This document shows positions 35,677 to 43,744 of a stretch of 45,620 bases of DNA, piece by piece (position 1 is the stretch's first letter; each line of letters starts with the position of its first letter). This DNA is from an uncultured Candidatus Saccharibacteria bacterium. GTDB taxonomy: Bacteria > Patescibacteriota > Dojkabacteria > J137. Location: NCBI GenBank assembly GCA_964650085.1, contig CAZYSE010000003.1, positions 1,743-47,362 of the forward strand. The letters run 5' to 3'. The position numbers were made by a program, and so were the translations under genes. The notes beneath the pieces were generated by a model. That model did not search any database. It had not been told where the DNA came from and was given only the letters and a program-made list of their open reading frames with translations.

Positions 35677-36591
35677 ATGACAGAAAAAGTAAGTGACTTA
35701 ATAAAAATTCCAAGGTTCCTTCTAGCCGCTGTAGTAAGCTTTATAGGTGGCCGGGAGGTACTGCGATCGTTTCTTAACGGCAATACTTTAAGTGATGTAG
35801 AAGCAGTAAGTGTAATAGACACAGTTAGAGCTTTAGAAATTCAATCTCATCAACTAGACCTTGGAGGAGGAGGATATGTACGTTTCAATGAAAAGGTTGT
35901 TTCTAGAAGTGATTACCTGCAAAATATATTCTCACTAGTTATCCTGTTGAACAAATTTGGTGCGGAGTTTCAAATACAAGCAACATCTACTAACCAGACA
36001 TTGCTTTTTAGCGGAGATATGCCAACGGACGCAGAAATTCGTGAGGCTTTCGAAGCTATACTTCAAAATGACGAAATACAGTCAATAGTTACTAAGGTCT
36101 ACATACCTGAGAGCGTAATATCGGAACTTGGAGATGAATCTACTTTGCCGGAGTTAGTTTCTATTAAACCTGATGAAGTAAATTATGCGTTTGATGAAGC
36201 GAAACAATTACTCGCTAATTCATACAATGTTGACACCACTAACTACTCAGTAGATATTGACGAGCAGATTGATACACTTGGCATAGAATTTACATTTAAT
36301 AACGGCAGTAGAGTTGAGAAGATACAAACTTCATCATTTGGAATCTATGATGCAGATGGAACACTAGTTGGTTATGTGCGTATAACTCACTACAACAATA
36401 ATAGGAGTACATACTATTCCGTCTCTCACTCTGCGATAGACAATTCAAGAGACATAGTAGGCGTAGGCCAAAAAGTAATTCCATTTGCTTCACAAGTAAT
36501 TCTTAACGTACCAAGCTTTACAGTTTGGAGAATTGATCAAAAGATCATGGCAGAAGATCGAACTCCTAAAACCACTTTAAATGTTCCTTAG
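35677..36591 (+). CDS. hypothetical protein
   Basis: 304-aa ORF with a possible N-terminal hydrophobic segment (FLLAAVVSFIGG). No recognisable motif. Confidence 0.5.
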   Translation: MTEKVSDLIKIPRFLLAAVVSFIGGREVLRSFLNGNTLSDVEAVSVIDTVRALEIQSHQLDLGGGGYVRFNEKVVSRSDYLQNIFSLVILLNKFGAEFQIQATSTNQTLLFSGDMPTDAEIREAFEAILQNDEIQSIVTKVYIPESVISELGDESTLPELVSIKPDEVNYAFDEAKQLLANSYNVDTTNYSVDIDEQIDTLGIEFTFNNGSRVEKIQTSSFGIYDADGTLVGYVRITHYNNNRSTYYSVSHSAIDNSRDIVGVGQKVIPFASQVILNVPSFTVWRIDQKIMAEDRTPKTTLNVP

Positions 36592-36612
36592 TAATTTCCA
36601 ATAGCACACTAA

Positions 36613-36789
36613 TTATTTTTCTACAGCTAAACTTAGCTCTTTGATCCTAGTTTCAAGCTCACTTAACTCTAATTTGATAAGTTCAGATCTTGCCAGACCT
36701 GTTAGTTTAACTAGTTGATCAACAAGCTCGATTCTGTATCTTTCCATCTGAGCAGCCCATATTACCATTGGGTCTGAAAGTTGCTCCAT
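36613..36789 (-). CDS. small coiled-coil protein (58 aa), not in the ORF track
   Basis: Hand translation gives MEQLSDPMVIWAAQMERYRIELVDQLVKLTGLARSELIKLELSELETRIKELSLAVEK*. The ATG lies 1 nt after the glyQS stop codon, suggesting translational coupling. Confidence 0.35.
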   Translation of the reverse strand: MEQLSDPMVIWAAQMERYRIELVDQLVKLTGLARSELIKLELSELETRIKELSLAVEK

Positions 36790-36790
36790 A

Positions 36791-38260
36791 TTATTGAGTC
36801 AAACCATTCAAAACATATTCTCTAACCTCTGCTACAGGAATTCTAACTTGTTGCATAGAATCTCTTTCCCTTATAGTTACAGCGTTATCTGTTGCAGTAT
36901 CAAAGTCTACTGTAATGCAGAATGGTGTACCCACTTCGTCTTGTCTTCTATATCTTTTACCAATTGATGCAGTTTCATCGTACTGTGTCATCACATCAGA
37001 CTTTAATAAGTTTTGAATTTCTCTAGCTTTTGCTTGGAGTTCAGGTTTTTTAGATAGTGGCAGAATTGCTACTTTTACAGGAGCTAATGACTTTTTAAGT
37101 TTTAGTACTATTCGAGTATCTTCAGGGACATCACCCTCAGCAGCTTTGATAACTTCTTGCGTCCAGGCTTCTTCCAATACCATCATAAAACATCTATTCA
37201 AACCCACGGAGGTTTCAACAATATGTGGGGTAAATCTTACATTCTTTTCTTGATCAAAATAATCTAGCTTCTCACCTGAGAAGTTAGTGTGTTGAGTTAA
37301 ATCGTAATCACTTCTTGCATGAATACCTTCTAATTCTTTAAATCCTCCTAAAGTTCCAAAGTTATATTCAATATCATAAGCGGCAGAAGCGTAGAAAACC
37401 AATTTTTCGTGTTTTTTGAATCTCAAGTTATCTGGATTAATTCCCAATACTCTTACATGCCAGTCCATTCGAGCTTGTTTCCATTCTTCAAATATTGCTT
37501 CTGTTTGTTCAGGACTATGGAAGTATTGCATTTCCATTTGTTCAAATTCTCTAGTTCTAAAGATGAATTGCCTTGCTACAATTTCGTTTCGAAAAGCTTT
37601 TCCAACCTGAGCAATACCAAAAGGAAGTTTTAATCGCATTGTCTCTTGTACATTTTTGTACTGTAAATAGATTCCTTGGCAAGTCTCAGCTCGAGCATAA
37701 ACCACGTTATCATCATTGAACTGTGCATCAGTTGAACCTAAATTTGTTTTCAGCATTAAGTTAAAGTTTCGTGGTTCAGTTACATCGTTACCATCGGGAC
37801 TTTTAATTCCATTATCTTTAATAATCTGTGATATTTCTTCAGGTGTCTTTTTATCCATATCCACCTTCTCGCCCTTTTGCTCAAACCATTCCTCAACAAG
37901 GTGGTCAGCTCGATAACGTTTATGCGTCTTTTTATCTTCTACTAAAACATCAGAGAATCCTGCAGCATGACCAGAAGCTACCCAAGTCTTAGGATGCATA
38001 AATATTGCAGAATCGAGTTGAACAACATCAGATCTTTCTTGAACTACAGCTTTTTCCCATTCTCTTTGAATATTATTCTTAAGTAGAACTCCCATTGGAC
38101 CATAATCAAATACAGCTGATAATCCTCCGTAGATTTCGCTAGAAGGGTATACGAATGCATTCTCTTTAGCCCAGGAGCGGAATTGATCCAGAGTCGTCAT
38201 TTTGATTGCAGCTGTTAGCGGTTGGCTGTTAGCTGTTGGCTTGCTTTCTGTATTTTCCAT
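36791..38260 (-). CDS. glyQS: glycyl-tRNA synthetase (alpha2 dimeric type)
   Basis: The N-terminal FVYPSSEIYGGLSAVFDYGPMGVLLKNNI, class II motifs (FRNEI..R.FIFRTREFEQMEMQYF) and an anticodon-binding C-terminus are present. The conserved region starts near the second Met (38200). The first 20 codons are low-complexity repeat sequence, so the true start may be 38200. Confidence 0.9.
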   Translation of the reverse strand: MENTESKPTANSQPLTAAIKMTTLDQFRSWAKENAFVYPSSEIYGGLSAVFDYGPMGVLLKNNIQREWEKAVVQERSDVVQLDSAIFMHPKTWVASGHAAGFSDVLVEDKKTHKRYRADHLVEEWFEQKGEKVDMDKKTPEEISQIIKDNGIKSPDGNDVTEPRNFNLMLKTNLGSTDAQFNDDNVVYARAETCQGIYLQYKNVQETMRLKLPFGIAQVGKAFRNEIVARQFIFRTREFEQMEMQYFHSPEQTEAIFEEWKQARMDWHVRVLGINPDNLRFKKHEKLVFYASAAYDIEYNFGTLGGFKELEGIHARSDYDLTQHTNFSGEKLDYFDQEKNVRFTPHIVETSVGLNRCFMMVLEEAWTQEVIKAAEGDVPEDTRIVLKLKKSLAPVKVAILPLSKKPELQAKAREIQNLLKSDVMTQYDETASIGKRYRRQDEVGTPFCITVDFDTATDNAVTIRERDSMQQVRIPVAEVREYVLNGLTQ

Positions 38261-38301
38261 ATTGTAATTAGATGTAAGATATATGATTTAAGTTCTAAGA
38301 T

Positions 38302-38655
38302 TTATGCATTTAATTTCTTTAATAGATTTATTAGTTTTCTTTTAATAACATTTATTGCAGAATTGAATTTACTATATTCAAACTCTGTTAAATAATTTAG
38401 TTCAAAGCTTGCTAGTAATAAATACTCAACCTCTGTAGCAGAACCTAAGCTTATCGATATGTATCTTGCAAAAAGTTTCTGGCTTGATGCTGTTGATCCT
38501 TCTGCTATATTTGTAGGGATTGATAACCCTGCTCTTAGCAATTGATCTACTAGTCTGTACTTCTCAGCTTTATCAAACTTATCACACAGCTTATACAATT
38601 CCTTAATTAGATGGTGCGATTCTTTCCAAACTTCAAGCTTTTTAAAATCGATCAT
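38302..38655 (-). CDS. four-helix-bundle protein (23S rRNA intervening-sequence protein / Avd-like family)
   Basis: Family pattern: LEVWKESHHLIKELYKLCDKFDKAEKYRLVDQLLRAGLSIPTNIAEGS...ISISLGSATEVEYLL. Paralog of 24219..24578. Confidence 0.8.
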   Translation of the reverse strand: MIDFKKLEVWKESHHLIKELYKLCDKFDKAEKYRLVDQLLRAGLSIPTNIAEGSTASSQKLFARYISISLGSATEVEYLLLASFELNYLTEFEYSKFNSAINVIKRKLINLLKKLNA

Positions 38656-38693
38656 AAATCTTATATCCTAAATCCTAAGACCTAGAATATAAC

Positions 38694-38743
38694 AAAAAAC
38701 CGCCCCAAGACCTATGTACCGTAATACATAAATCCTGGGACGG
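38694..38743 (-). terminator. intrinsic terminator of the T-box leader
   Basis: On the minus strand, ccgtcccagga...(inner hairpin atgta-ttacgg-tacat)...tcttggggcgg forms an 11-bp stem with two G-U pairs. A T6 run follows. Confidence 0.7.
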
Positions 38744-38910
38744 TTGTTAAAACATATTCATGCAAACTCTATATGAGCCTGCGGTGAGTCCCTAAGGGAT
38801 CACTTTGTGACTTGTCGAACCGCGGTTCCACCCAATTTCCTTATTATTTCTAATAAAGCACTTTTGTGTTTATTTCAGCTCCAGCATGCCATTGCCTTCA
38901 ACGCTATCTT
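38744..38910 (-). promoter_or_regulatory. T-box riboswitch leader (tRNA-Gly type), body upstream of its terminator
   Basis: The minus strand contains AAATTGGGTGGAACCGCGG (38820..38838), matching the T-box consensus AANNNGGGUGGNACCGCG. An antiterminator can form: UUGGG [UGGAACC bulge] GCGGUU ... AACCGU CCCAG, and its 3' strand overlaps the terminator 5' strand. UGGA matches the U73-CCA end of bacterial tRNA-Gly. Two GGC-A (Gly codon plus purine) occurrences lie in the 5' hairpin region (gaaGGCAatGGCAtgc). Confidence 0.75.
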
Positions 38911-38916
38911 CCAATT

Positions 38917-38925
38917 ATTATATCA
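38917..38925 (-). promoter_or_regulatory. extended -10 promoter (TGaTATAAT) for the T-box leader
   Basis: The minus strand reads ggtcaTGATATAATaattgg, placing the transcription start near 38910. Confidence 0.45.
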
Positions 38926-38985
38926 TGACCAAAAATATTCTAAAACTGTCTTTCGCACATAGCCCAAAGCTCTGAGCTCTCAGCT

Positions 38986-39525
38986 TTATTCAATTACAAC
39001 TTCAATTTCTACAACTTTTTGTTCTGATCCATCCATTGCACTTTCAGAATAAAATCTTAATACTGCTTTATCTCCACTTGATAAGCTAGTCAAATCGATT
39101 TCTTTTGTAAATATTCCAGGGTTGCCAATGTCAGATGGTAAGTAGTTTAGAAATCCAGAATCTACAGTTGTTCCTCCTGATGATATTCTGAAATTTACTG
39201 TGTTTTCAAAGAATCCTTGTGCTATACCATAAACTGTAAATACACTATCAACCACAGATCTGTCGCAAGGAAAGAATACAATTAAACCTCCATCTTCCGC
39301 AACATTGTTACAACTAACTCGAGAGAATTCGCTAAAGTCAGGCAAAACTATTGGTTCGCCTTCTTCAGAAATGCTACCTAACATTGCTTCTAAATTTGTA
39401 AGCTTTTGTTCTACTTGAGCAAGTCTTCCATTACTGTTGTGTAGGTTTACTCCAAGGATAGTAGATACGATGGTTAGAGCAATTATTAAGACAAAAACTA
39501 GAGCGGTGAGTATAAATCTTTTCAT
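38986..39525 (-). CDS. membrane-anchored protein with a Gmad2-type Ig-like domain
   Basis: An N-terminal TM helix (ILTALVFVLIIALTIVSTILGV) and a short coiled coil precede VFTVYGIAQGFFENTVNFRISSGGTTVDSG...AVLRFYSESAMDGSEQKVVEIEVVI. This resembles the Gmad2/GerM-associated Ig-like pattern. Confidence 0.5.
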   Translation of the reverse strand: MKRFILTALVFVLIIALTIVSTILGVNLHNSNGRLAQVEQKLTNLEAMLGSISEEGEPIVLPDFSEFSRVSCNNVAEDGGLIVFFPCDRSVVDSVFTVYGIAQGFFENTVNFRISSGGTTVDSGFLNYLPSDIGNPGIFTKEIDLTSLSSGDKAVLRFYSESAMDGSEQKVVEIEVVIE

Positions 39526-39614
39526 AATGGTGTTTTAACTAGAACTATTCTATTACAATTAGCTTTTTACTTCTACTAATAGCGGTATACAATGAGCTGA
39601 CAAGCATAGCAATA

Positions 39615-40106
39615 CTATGCAATAGATTCAACGGCTCTTGTAATAACGTCATTCTCCAAGTATGAACCATAATCGGACATTCCTAGTAGGGCTAAATGCC
39701 ATATAATTTTTTTATATTGTCTCAACTGAGCACCCGGCTTTTCATTAACTTGATGATATGATTCTAATTGTGGAGAAGGGGTAATTTTTACTCTAGCTAT
39801 AAGCTCTTCTAAAATAGATTGAACATCAAGCTCTGCGAATGAGTCACTCCCATCATCTTTTTCTTTAAATTGATTTATGACTTCATGTTCCTTTGGTGTT
39901 AGGTCTAACTCTGTAGCAACATAACTCTGTAATGCTGCTGCGTTTTGAGCTAATAGTGTCTTAAGTTCGCTAGTTATAAAAACATTGTAATTGCCTTGAA
40001 TTAATATCAACTTATCTTCTAAACCCTGAAGTCTGTCAGCATTATTTTGGAAGTAATCAGATAATACAATTGCAGCATCATCGTATTCAGGATCTCTATC
40101 GTTCAT
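39615..40106 (-). CDS. hypothetical acidic protein
   Basis: 163-aa ORF starting 17 nt downstream of the dUTPase-like gene. No recognisable motif. Confidence 0.5.
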   Translation of the reverse strand: MNDRDPEYDDAAIVLSDYFQNNADRLQGLEDKLILIQGNYNVFITSELKTLLAQNAAALQSYVATELDLTPKEHEVINQFKEKDDGSDSFAELDVQSILEELIARVKITPSPQLESYHQVNEKPGAQLRQYKKIIWHLALLGMSDYGSYLENDVITRAVESIA

Positions 40107-40123
40107 AAATATTGATTTAATAA

Positions 40124-40669
40124 TTAAACTTGTATTTCCTCTTCTTTAGTATATACCCTTCCGCCTTTCCATTGTCCACGATACATTACTCCCTCACCAT
40201 CTACTCGGTGGAACTCAAATTGAGCAAATCTACAACCTAACTCCATTTTAAAAGGAACACCAGAAAGATTGATTATTGGCACAACAAACGGGCCTTGATA
40301 GCCTGGATCGGCTTTGTACCCAAGTACCATGATTCCATTAGCTAAAACGTTATACCTCGCTACAAACCTTGCTACAATCGCTTGTGGCACATCCATGGTT
40401 TCTACGGTTTTGAATTGATAGTATTTATTAGGCTGTAGCTCGAACCAATTGTTATCGTTACCCACTTGGTATTCAGCAACTTTTTTGTATTCTCTTGTTT
40501 TTCTTGTTGTTTTACCTAGAAATGCTTCTGATTCAGTATCCATCTCCCAAATTTCTCCTAAACGAACATCGATAGCTGCACCTTCCGGTTCTACTAACCC
40601 ATCTCCATCGCCAATGTCTCTTCCGGTTAACCAATTATTTTCTAAGACTTCTGCAATTGGTACTATCAT
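40124..40669 (-). CDS. dCTP deaminase/dUTPase-superfamily protein (divergent)
   Basis: The beta-barrel trimeric dUTPase-fold pattern is present: AAIDVRLGE..., LQPNKYYQFKTVETMDVPQAIVARFVAR..., and KADPGYQGPFVVPIINLSGVPFKMELGCRFAQFEF (G-x-x-D-P-G-Y-x-G ... I/AQ). The canonical RSS and Dcd catalytic Glu positions look substituted by eye. Confidence 0.6.
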   Translation of the reverse strand: MIVPIAEVLENNWLTGRDIGDGDGLVEPEGAAIDVRLGEIWEMDTESEAFLGKTTRKTREYKKVAEYQVGNDNNWFELQPNKYYQFKTVETMDVPQAIVARFVARYNVLANGIMVLGYKADPGYQGPFVVPIINLSGVPFKMELGCRFAQFEFHRVDGEGVMYRGQWKGGRVYTKEEEIQV

Positions 40670-40727
40670 GACAAAAAAATCAAAAAACTAAAATCAAAAA
40701 AATAACGTTTTAACTCAATTTCTAGCT

Positions 40728-41441
40728 TTATTCGTGAGCAACATGTTGTTCTGCACAAGCTTCACACTCACAATGACAATGTCCGTCCTGGTCTTCTACA
40801 CAGTTTTCGCAATCGCAATCCTCACAGCCTTCGCATCCACATGGGCATGATTCTTCTGCATCTAAGCTAGGTAAGAAATCCTCAATATATCTATCTGCAC
40901 ATTCATTAATTACCTCTTGTGCTGATTCTAAACCGAAGAAACCTTCAACTTTACAAGTACCTGGTTTCTTCATGTCTTTGTAATGTTCCCAGTAATATGT
41001 AGCTTCCTTAACCCAGTATTCACCTAAATCTTCAATTGTTTGAATATGATCTGCTCTTTTATCATCATTTAACACTGCAATAATTTTGTCGTCAACTTCA
41101 CCACCATCAACAAATTTCATCACACCAATAATTCTTGCTTCTACCAAAGAACCAGGAATTAAAGGTTCGGCAACATTTACTATTACAATATCCAGTGGAT
41201 CGCCATCTTCATCCCAAGTTCTTGGAATAGCTCCATATGTGAAAGGATAGGCTAGGCTTGAATATCCTACTCTGTCTAGCTTTAGATGACCCGTCTCAGT
41301 AATAATTTCGTATTTATTGATTGAATTTGAATTTACTTCAACAATAGCATTTACCACTGTTAATTCTGCACCAGTGTAAGGTGGAACAATGTGTAATAGA
41401 TTAGGCATGTATGATGATGGAGTGATTGGTAAGTTTGCCAT
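40728..41441 (-). CDS. ppa: family I inorganic pyrophosphatase with a Cys/Glu/His-rich C-terminal tail
   Basis: PPase core: NAIVEV...NKYEI...LDRV...YGAIPRTWDEDGDPLDIVIV...ARIIGVMKFVDGGEVDDKIIAV. An extra C-terminal tail of about 50 aa reads SCPCGCEGCEDCDCENCVEDQDGHCHCECEACAEQHVAHE. Confidence 0.85.
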   Translation of the reverse strand: MANLPITPSSYMPNLLHIVPPYTGAELTVVNAIVEVNSNSINKYEIITETGHLKLDRVGYSSLAYPFTYGAIPRTWDEDGDPLDIVIVNVAEPLIPGSLVEARIIGVMKFVDGGEVDDKIIAVLNDDKRADHIQTIEDLGEYWVKEATYYWEHYKDMKKPGTCKVEGFFGLESAQEVINECADRYIEDFLPSLDAEESCPCGCEGCEDCDCENCVEDQDGHCHCECEACAEQHVAHE

Positions 41442-41599
41442 AATTGAGAAAGGTTAAAAATTAAAAAAATCAAAGGTTTAAAAAGGTTTATAATTTGATA
41501 TACCTTTCAGCCTTTACTCTTTGATTTTATCAGATAAATTTCGTTTCTGCATCGAACGATTGTAGCGTATAATGCAAATATACTTCTTAAACTAATAAT

Positions 41600-42088
41600 A
41601 TGGAAAATTTAGGATATATTGAAGCTGTTATTAAAACAGAGGATGCAGCTAAGTTCACGCAGTTAGTGAATGAAGTTTGTCGTGCCGAGGATTTTTATCT
41701 TTCGGAAATAATTCCTAGAATTAATGGAGATGTGACTTCTAAACTTCATTTGACTTTTCTTTACGGAATTGTAGATGAAAAAATAGATAGAGCAGAGGTC
41801 GACGCAAAGTTAGCTGCACTAGACATCAAAACATTGAAGTTAGGTAAGCTTTTCTTGAAAAATGGGTATAAGGGTGAATATCAAATATTAATGGTGGAAG
41901 TTATTGATGAAGATGGGAAATTAGCGACAACAGCAAAAAGCTTTAACTCATTTGATCAAAATCCATTCAACAGGTACGAGTTCAGACCACACATTACTTT
42001 AGCTTATGTTCAACCTACTTTTTTATTAAAAGGTGAGTTTGACTATCCAAAAGAGGTTGCTATCGAACAAATTAAATACAACAAGTAA
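41600..42088 (+). CDS. 2H phosphoesterase superfamily protein (LigT / 2'-5' RNA ligase-like)
   Basis: Two H-x-T/S-x motifs occur at the expected spacing: KLHLTFLYG and RPHITLAYV. The size of 162 aa is typical. TATAAT at 41568..41573 lies upstream. Confidence 0.6.
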   Translation: MENLGYIEAVIKTEDAAKFTQLVNEVCRAEDFYLSEIIPRINGDVTSKLHLTFLYGIVDEKIDRAEVDAKLAALDIKTLKLGKLFLKNGYKGEYQILMVEVIDEDGKLATTAKSFNSFDQNPFNRYEFRPHITLAYVQPTFLLKGEFDYPKEVAIEQIKYNK

Positions 42089-42116
42089 AGCACATCTTGG
42101 AACTTGATCGGTAAAG

Positions 42117-42557
42117 TTGTACACTTTACTTGTGGACTCATTTTCATTCGGACAAAAACGCACAATATATATCACACTAATACTTTTAGTGGCTCTTAAT
42201 CTCTTGGCCTTAATTCAAGGTTTTAGTAGGGCTTCAGAACCTGAAACTGTTATGGAGGAAGTGTTGTTAGTTCAAGAATTAGAATCGCCAACGATAACTT
42301 TAATCTCTCCCGTCACTACCCAACTCGAAACTACAGAAAGCTCTATAGTAGTTTCATTTAGATCTACTGGAGATAGCGTTTTCGTAAATGGTAATCAACA
42401 AAATTTGAGTAGGAATAATGAATACGAAACACAGGTATTATTAACCGAAGGGAGCCAACTAATAACAATTGAAGCTACAAATAACGACGATAAAAAGGTT
42501 TTCTTGGATATACTAGTGAATAAAATCACCAACCCACAATCCTTTTCAGTTAATTAA
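42117..42557 (+). CDS. membrane-anchored hypothetical protein (TTG start)
   Basis: The N-terminal TM helix is IYITLILLVALNLLALIQGF, followed by a beta-rich, Ig-like-looking ectodomain. The only in-frame start that includes the TM helix is the TTG at 42117. Confidence 0.45.
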   Translation: MYTLLVDSFSFGQKRTIYITLILLVALNLLALIQGFSRASEPETVMEEVLLVQELESPTITLISPVTTQLETTESSIVVSFRSTGDSVFVNGNQQNLSRNNEYETQVLLTEGSQLITIEATNNDDKKVFLDILVNKITNPQSFSVN

Positions 42558-42623
42558 CACTCCTCGCAATCGTGCAATTGTAAGCAATGCACGGTATAAT
42601 GCTCAAATCTTAAACACGAATTT

Positions 42624-43697
42624 ATGAATTTAAAACTAGGAATAGTTGGATTACCTAATGTAGGAAAATCCACGTTATTTAATGCACTAACTAAGCAAAG
42701 CGTTCCTGCAGAGAACTATCCTTTCTGTACAATTGATCCTAACGTAGGTATTGTTGCAGTTGCAGATAAAAGGTTATTCGACATTGCTGATATAGCAAAA
42801 CCAGCTCGAACAACACCGGCAGTGATTGAATTTGTTGATATTGCAGGACTTGTTAAAGGAGCTGCAAGCGGAGCAGGCTTAGGCAATAAGTTTTTGAGCC
42901 ATGTCAAAGAAGTTGATGCTATTGTGCAAGTTATTAGAGCATTTGATAATTCGAATATCACACATGTCGAAAATTCAGTAAATCCAACTAGAGATATCGA
43001 ATTAATAAATACCGAATTAATTTTAAAGGACTTAGAAACTATAGCTAATAGACAAATGGGCATCGGGAGCAAAGCAAAGTTCGATAAAGTTTTAGGTGCT
43101 TTAGCCGAACATTTAAAAGAATTGTCAGATCATCTAGAGCAAGGAAAACTTGCTAAAGATTTTCCACATCATGATGACGAAGATGTGATGAAAGAACGAA
43201 AAGGTTTATTTCTGATTACAGACAAACCAGTTATTTTCTTAGTAAACGCAACAAAGGATGCCGATATGGAGCCATTGCAAGAGATTCTGAAAAATCAAAA
43301 CTACATTACAATGGACATTAAAACTGAATACGATTTAGCTACAATGGACGAAGAAGACAGAAAAATGTTTATGGGTGAATTAGGTCTACAAGAAACTGGA
43401 CTAGAACGGTTAACTCGAGCAGCATATGACTTGTTAGGACTAATTTCTTACTTCACAGAAGGACCAGAAGAAGTAAGAGCATGGACAATTGAAAAAGGTT
43501 GGAAAGCACCTATGGCCGGAACTGCTATTCATACAGACTTTTTAAAGAAATTTATTGCTTGCGATGTTTGTTACTATCAAGATTACTTGGATAACAATGG
43601 TTGGAATAATTGTAAGACTGTTGGCAAAGTGAGATTAGAAGGAAAAGATTATGTGGTCAAAGATGGCGATATAATCGTATTCCGACACGGTAGTTAA
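42624..43697 (+). CDS. ychF: redox-regulated ATPase YchF (Obg-family GTPase-like)
   Basis: G1 motif GIVGLPNVGKSTLFNALT, then FCTIDPNVG and VDIAGLVKGAS. The C-terminal TGS/YchF domain includes RAWTI.KG..AP.AAG.IHTDF. Confidence 0.9.
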   Translation: MNLKLGIVGLPNVGKSTLFNALTKQSVPAENYPFCTIDPNVGIVAVADKRLFDIADIAKPARTTPAVIEFVDIAGLVKGAASGAGLGNKFLSHVKEVDAIVQVIRAFDNSNITHVENSVNPTRDIELINTELILKDLETIANRQMGIGSKAKFDKVLGALAEHLKELSDHLEQGKLAKDFPHHDDEDVMKERKGLFLITDKPVIFLVNATKDADMEPLQEILKNQNYITMDIKTEYDLATMDEEDRKMFMGELGLQETGLERLTRAAYDLLGLISYFTEGPEEVRAWTIEKGWKAPMAGTAIHTDFLKKFIACDVCYYQDYLDNNGWNNCKTVGKVRLEGKDYVVKDGDIIVFRHGS

Positions 43698-43744
43698 ACG
43701 TACAGTTGTTTCGGTTCTTTGTATCTTTAATCTTTAACCTTAAT

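Noticed and set aside
35266-35822. Two minus-strand ORFs (35266..35547 and 35613..35822) in the rnpB region.
   Set aside because: The first lies inside the RNase P RNA gene. The second spans the rnpB terminator and the 5' end of the 35677 gene. Both are unlikely to be coding.
38744-38840. Possible tmRNA 5' end, because the minus strand reads GGGTGGAACCGCGGTTCGACAAG, resembling the GGGG...GGATTCGAC start of ssrA.
   Set aside because: No tag-reading frame and no tRNA-like 3' end (TTCGAATCC...CCACCA) follows. A terminator lies only about 120 nt downstream. The same sequence fits the T-box consensus and its antiterminator/terminator logic much better.
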